Source of the DNA: Opitutaceae bacterium
Lineage (GTDB): Bacteria > Verrucomicrobiota > Verrucomicrobiia > Opitutales > Opitutaceae
DNA: 64,000 bases
Assembly (NCBI GenBank): GCA_036489955.1
Contig: DASXEV010000042.1
Location: 739 to 64,738, forward strand
Direction of reading: 5' to 3'
The notes below the pieces were generated by a model. That model did no database searches. It saw nothing but the letters and a program-made list of their open reading frames with translations, and had not been told where the DNA came from. A program made the translations under genes and the position numbers. Positions 62,192 through 64,000 of this stretch are shown piece by piece; position 1 is the first letter of the stretch, and each line of letters starts with the position of its first letter.

Positions 62192-64000
62192 ATGAAGACC
62201 AGCATGTCCCCCTCGTCCCCGTCCCTGCTCATTCTCGGCCTCGCCGCCGCGGCCTGCGCCGCCGCCGTCCCGGCACTCCAAGCCCAGTCCAACTACGCGA
62301 ACGCCTACACGTTCACGACGCTCGCCGGGACCGCCGCGCCGCCGTCGAACGTTGACGGCTCGGGTGCTGCCGCCCGCTTCATCGCACCGACCGGCGTCGC
62401 CGTGGACTCGAGCGGCAACATGTATGTCACGGACGCGGGCGCCAACACGATCAGGAAGATCACCCCCTCGGGCGCCGTGACCACGATCGCCGGCACGGCG
62501 GGAGCCATCGGCAGCGCCGACGGCACGGGCGCGGCCGCCAGGTTCGATTCCCCGGACGGCATCTGCGTCGATACCAACGGCAACCTCTATGTGGCCGACA
62601 CGGTCAACGCGACGATCCGCAAGATCACGCCGTCCGGCGTCGTGACGACGCTCGCCGGCACGGCCGGTGTCACTGGCGTCCTCGACGGGACCGGGGCGGC
62701 GGCGCAGTTCAGCGAGCCCATCGGCATCTGCGTCGACGGCAGCGGCAACATCTTCGTGGCCGACCAGACCGGCGACACCATCAGGATCATCACGCAGGCC
62801 GGCGTCGTGACGACGATCGCCGGCGAGATCATCTCGCAGGGCACCGCGGACGGGCCCGGCCCGCAGGCCCGGTTCAACGCCCCGACCGGCATCTGCGTGG
62901 ACTCCAGCGACAACATCTATGTCGTCGACCAGACGAACGAGGAGATCCGCAAGGTCGCCTACAGCAACGGAAGCGCGACCGTGAGCACGATCTCCGGCTC
63001 GCCGAAGACGATCGGGCACTCGGACGGCACCGGCACGGCCGCGAGCTACAATCACCCGACCGGCATCGCCATCGACGGAAGCGGCAACCTGTACATCGAC
63101 GACACGGGCAACAACACCGTCAGGAAGCTCGTCATCTCGTCGGGCGCGGTCACGACGGTGGCCGGCAACCAAAAGTTCACGGGGTTTGTCGACGGCACGG
63201 GCACGGCGGCCGAGTTCGACTCGCCGCAGGGGATTGCCACCGACAGCAGCGGGAACATGTACATAGCGGACGAGGCCAACACGGAGATCCGCAAGCTGAC
63301 GCCGGGCGGCACCTCGAGCACGATCGCCGGCATATCGGGCGGCGGCGACGCCGACGGGGCCGGCCATGCGGCCGGCTTCAATGAGCCGATCGGCGCCGCA
63401 GTCGACGCCAGCGGCAACATCTACATCGCCGACACCGCCAACGACACGATCCGCAAGATCACGCCCGGCGGGTCGGTGACGACGATTGCCGGCACGCCCG
63501 GCAACGGGGGCGACAACGACGGCTCCGGCTCGGCCGCCCAGTTCTACTTTCCCGAGGGCGTCGCCGTTGACGGGAGCGGCAACCTCTTTGTCACCGACAC
63601 CGGCAACAACACGGTGCGCAAGGTGACGCCGGGAGGGGCGGTGACGACGATTGCCGGCCAGGCCGGCGTCGTGGGCAGCACAAACGGCTCCGGGTCCGCG
63701 GCCACGTTCGACGGGCCCCTCGGCATCGCCGTTGACGGCTCGGACAACCTCTACGTCTCTGACGCCAAGAGCGACGTCATACGGATGATCACGCCCTCGG
63801 GCACGGTCTCGACGCTTGCGGGAACCGCGGGCGCGCCCGGCTCGAACGACGGGACAGGCACCTCCGCGAAGTTCAACACGCCCGCCGGCCTGGCCGTCGA
63901 CGGGAGCGGCAACGTCTACGTCGCCGACGCGACGAATGCGGAGATCCGCAAGGTCACCCCGGGAGGCGTCGTCACCACGATCGCCGGCTCCGCGCAGCTG
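62192..64000 (+). CDS. Secreted NHL-repeat (beta-propeller) protein, 5' partial: continues past the window end
   Basis: It is not in the ORF track because no stop falls in the window. ATG 62192 is followed by a signal peptide (SLLILGLAAAACAAAVPALQA). It then has 10 or more repeats of DG.G.AA.F..P.G.AVD.SGN.YV.D..N..IRK.TP.G.V.T.AG. The frame is open for 603 codons. Confidence 0.85.
   Translation, partial: MKTSMSPSSPSLLILGLAAAACAAAVPALQAQSNYANAYTFTTLAGTAAPPSNVDGSGAAARFIAPTGVAVDSSGNMYVTDAGANTIRKITPSGAVTTIAGTAGAIGSADGTGAAARFDSPDGICVDTNGNLYVADTVNATIRKITPSGVVTTLAGTAGVTGVLDGTGAAAQFSEPIGICVDGSGNIFVADQTGDTIRIITQAGVVTTIAGEIISQGTADGPGPQARFNAPTGICVDSSDNIYVVDQTNEEIRKVAYSNGSATVSTISGSPKTIGHSDGTGTAASYNHPTGIAIDGSGNLYIDDTGNNTVRKLVISSGAVTTVAGNQKFTGFVDGTGTAAEFDSPQGIATDSSGNMYIADEANTEIRKLTPGGTSSTIAGISGGGDADGAGHAAGFNEPIGAAVDASGNIYIADTANDTIRKITPGGSVTTIAGTPGNGGDNDGSGSAAQFYFPEGVAVDGSGNLFVTDTGNNTVRKVTPGGAVTTIAGQAGVVGSTNGSGSAATFDGPLGIAVDGSDNLYVSDAKSDVIRMITPSGTVSTLAGTAGAPGSNDGTGTSAKFNTPAGLAVDGSGNVYVADATNAEIRKVTPGGVVTTIAGSAQL
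62330..64000 (+). repeat. Imperfect tandem coding repeats of about 165-168 nt (NHL units)
   Basis: The recurrent GGCAAC(A/C)T(G/C)T(A/T)(T/C)GT..CCGAC units recur at 62414, 62581, 62746 and onward. They are in frame and are protein repeats, not CRISPR. Confidence 0.8.

Noticed and set aside
62330-64000. Regular repeats of about 166 nt that could suggest a CRISPR-like or satellite array.
   Set aside because: The units are imperfect, have no spacer/repeat alternation, are in frame, and translate to NHL propeller blades.
1-64000. A search by eye for tRNA or rRNA genes, transposases, integrases, phage genes, toxin-antitoxin pairs and restriction or other defence genes.
   Set aside because: I recognised none. 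There are no T-loop GGTTCGAAT-type motifs, and no DDE, tyrosine-recombinase, helicase-nuclease or methylase-restriction signatures. This is a visual scan only, so tRNAscan, Infernal and defence-system HMM scans should confirm it.

Overview
The window is a densely coding, high-G+C bacterial chromosomal segment. Hand counts of sample 60-nt lines give about 70% G+C in most genes. I call about 65 CDS on both strands, nearly all housekeeping or metabolic. They include a deoC-aldehyde dehydrogenase operon, a TrmH-type methyltransferase, two ECF sigma/anti-sigma modules, yggS, aroE, a class-I DAHP synthase, prepilin peptidase, galK, HU, mdh, purEK, amt, putA and a duplicated orphan MacB/FtsX-type permease. 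They also include two ABC exporters, xth, glpK, a GH89 alpha-N-acetylglucosaminidase, ppnP, two PPIases, a pilin-like protein and an NHL-repeat protein that runs off the 3' end and is missing from the ORF track. Many track ORFs are antisense shadow frames or 5' over-extensions typical of high-G+C DNA, so I trimmed starts by eye. The pilin-like N-terminus (GFTLVEIMIVVVIIGLLA), the duplicated orphan permease, GH89 and the NHL proteins fit a Verrucomicrobiota/Opitutales-like organism, but this is inference only. I recognised no rRNA, tRNA, CRISPR array, transposase, integrase, phage gene or classical defence gene. I did not find a compelling new system. The best candidates are listed here.
- A lower-G+C BlaI/BlaR1-like island with a non-PBP sensor domain and a divergent Gre-factor homologue that shares the operator region.
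- An ECF sigma/anti-sigma module coupled to a beta-helix/polytopic/RDD fusion protein.
- An ABC ATPase, a 575-aa polytopic exporter and a translationally coupled mini-zincin, lying next to a Spy/CpxP-like gene.
- An AT-rich, multi-hairpin region with orphan terminators upstream of the DAHP synthase gene.
- A catalytic-domain-less aldehyde dehydrogenase paralogue in the deoC operon.
All functional calls rest on motif recognition by eye, and no searches were run.
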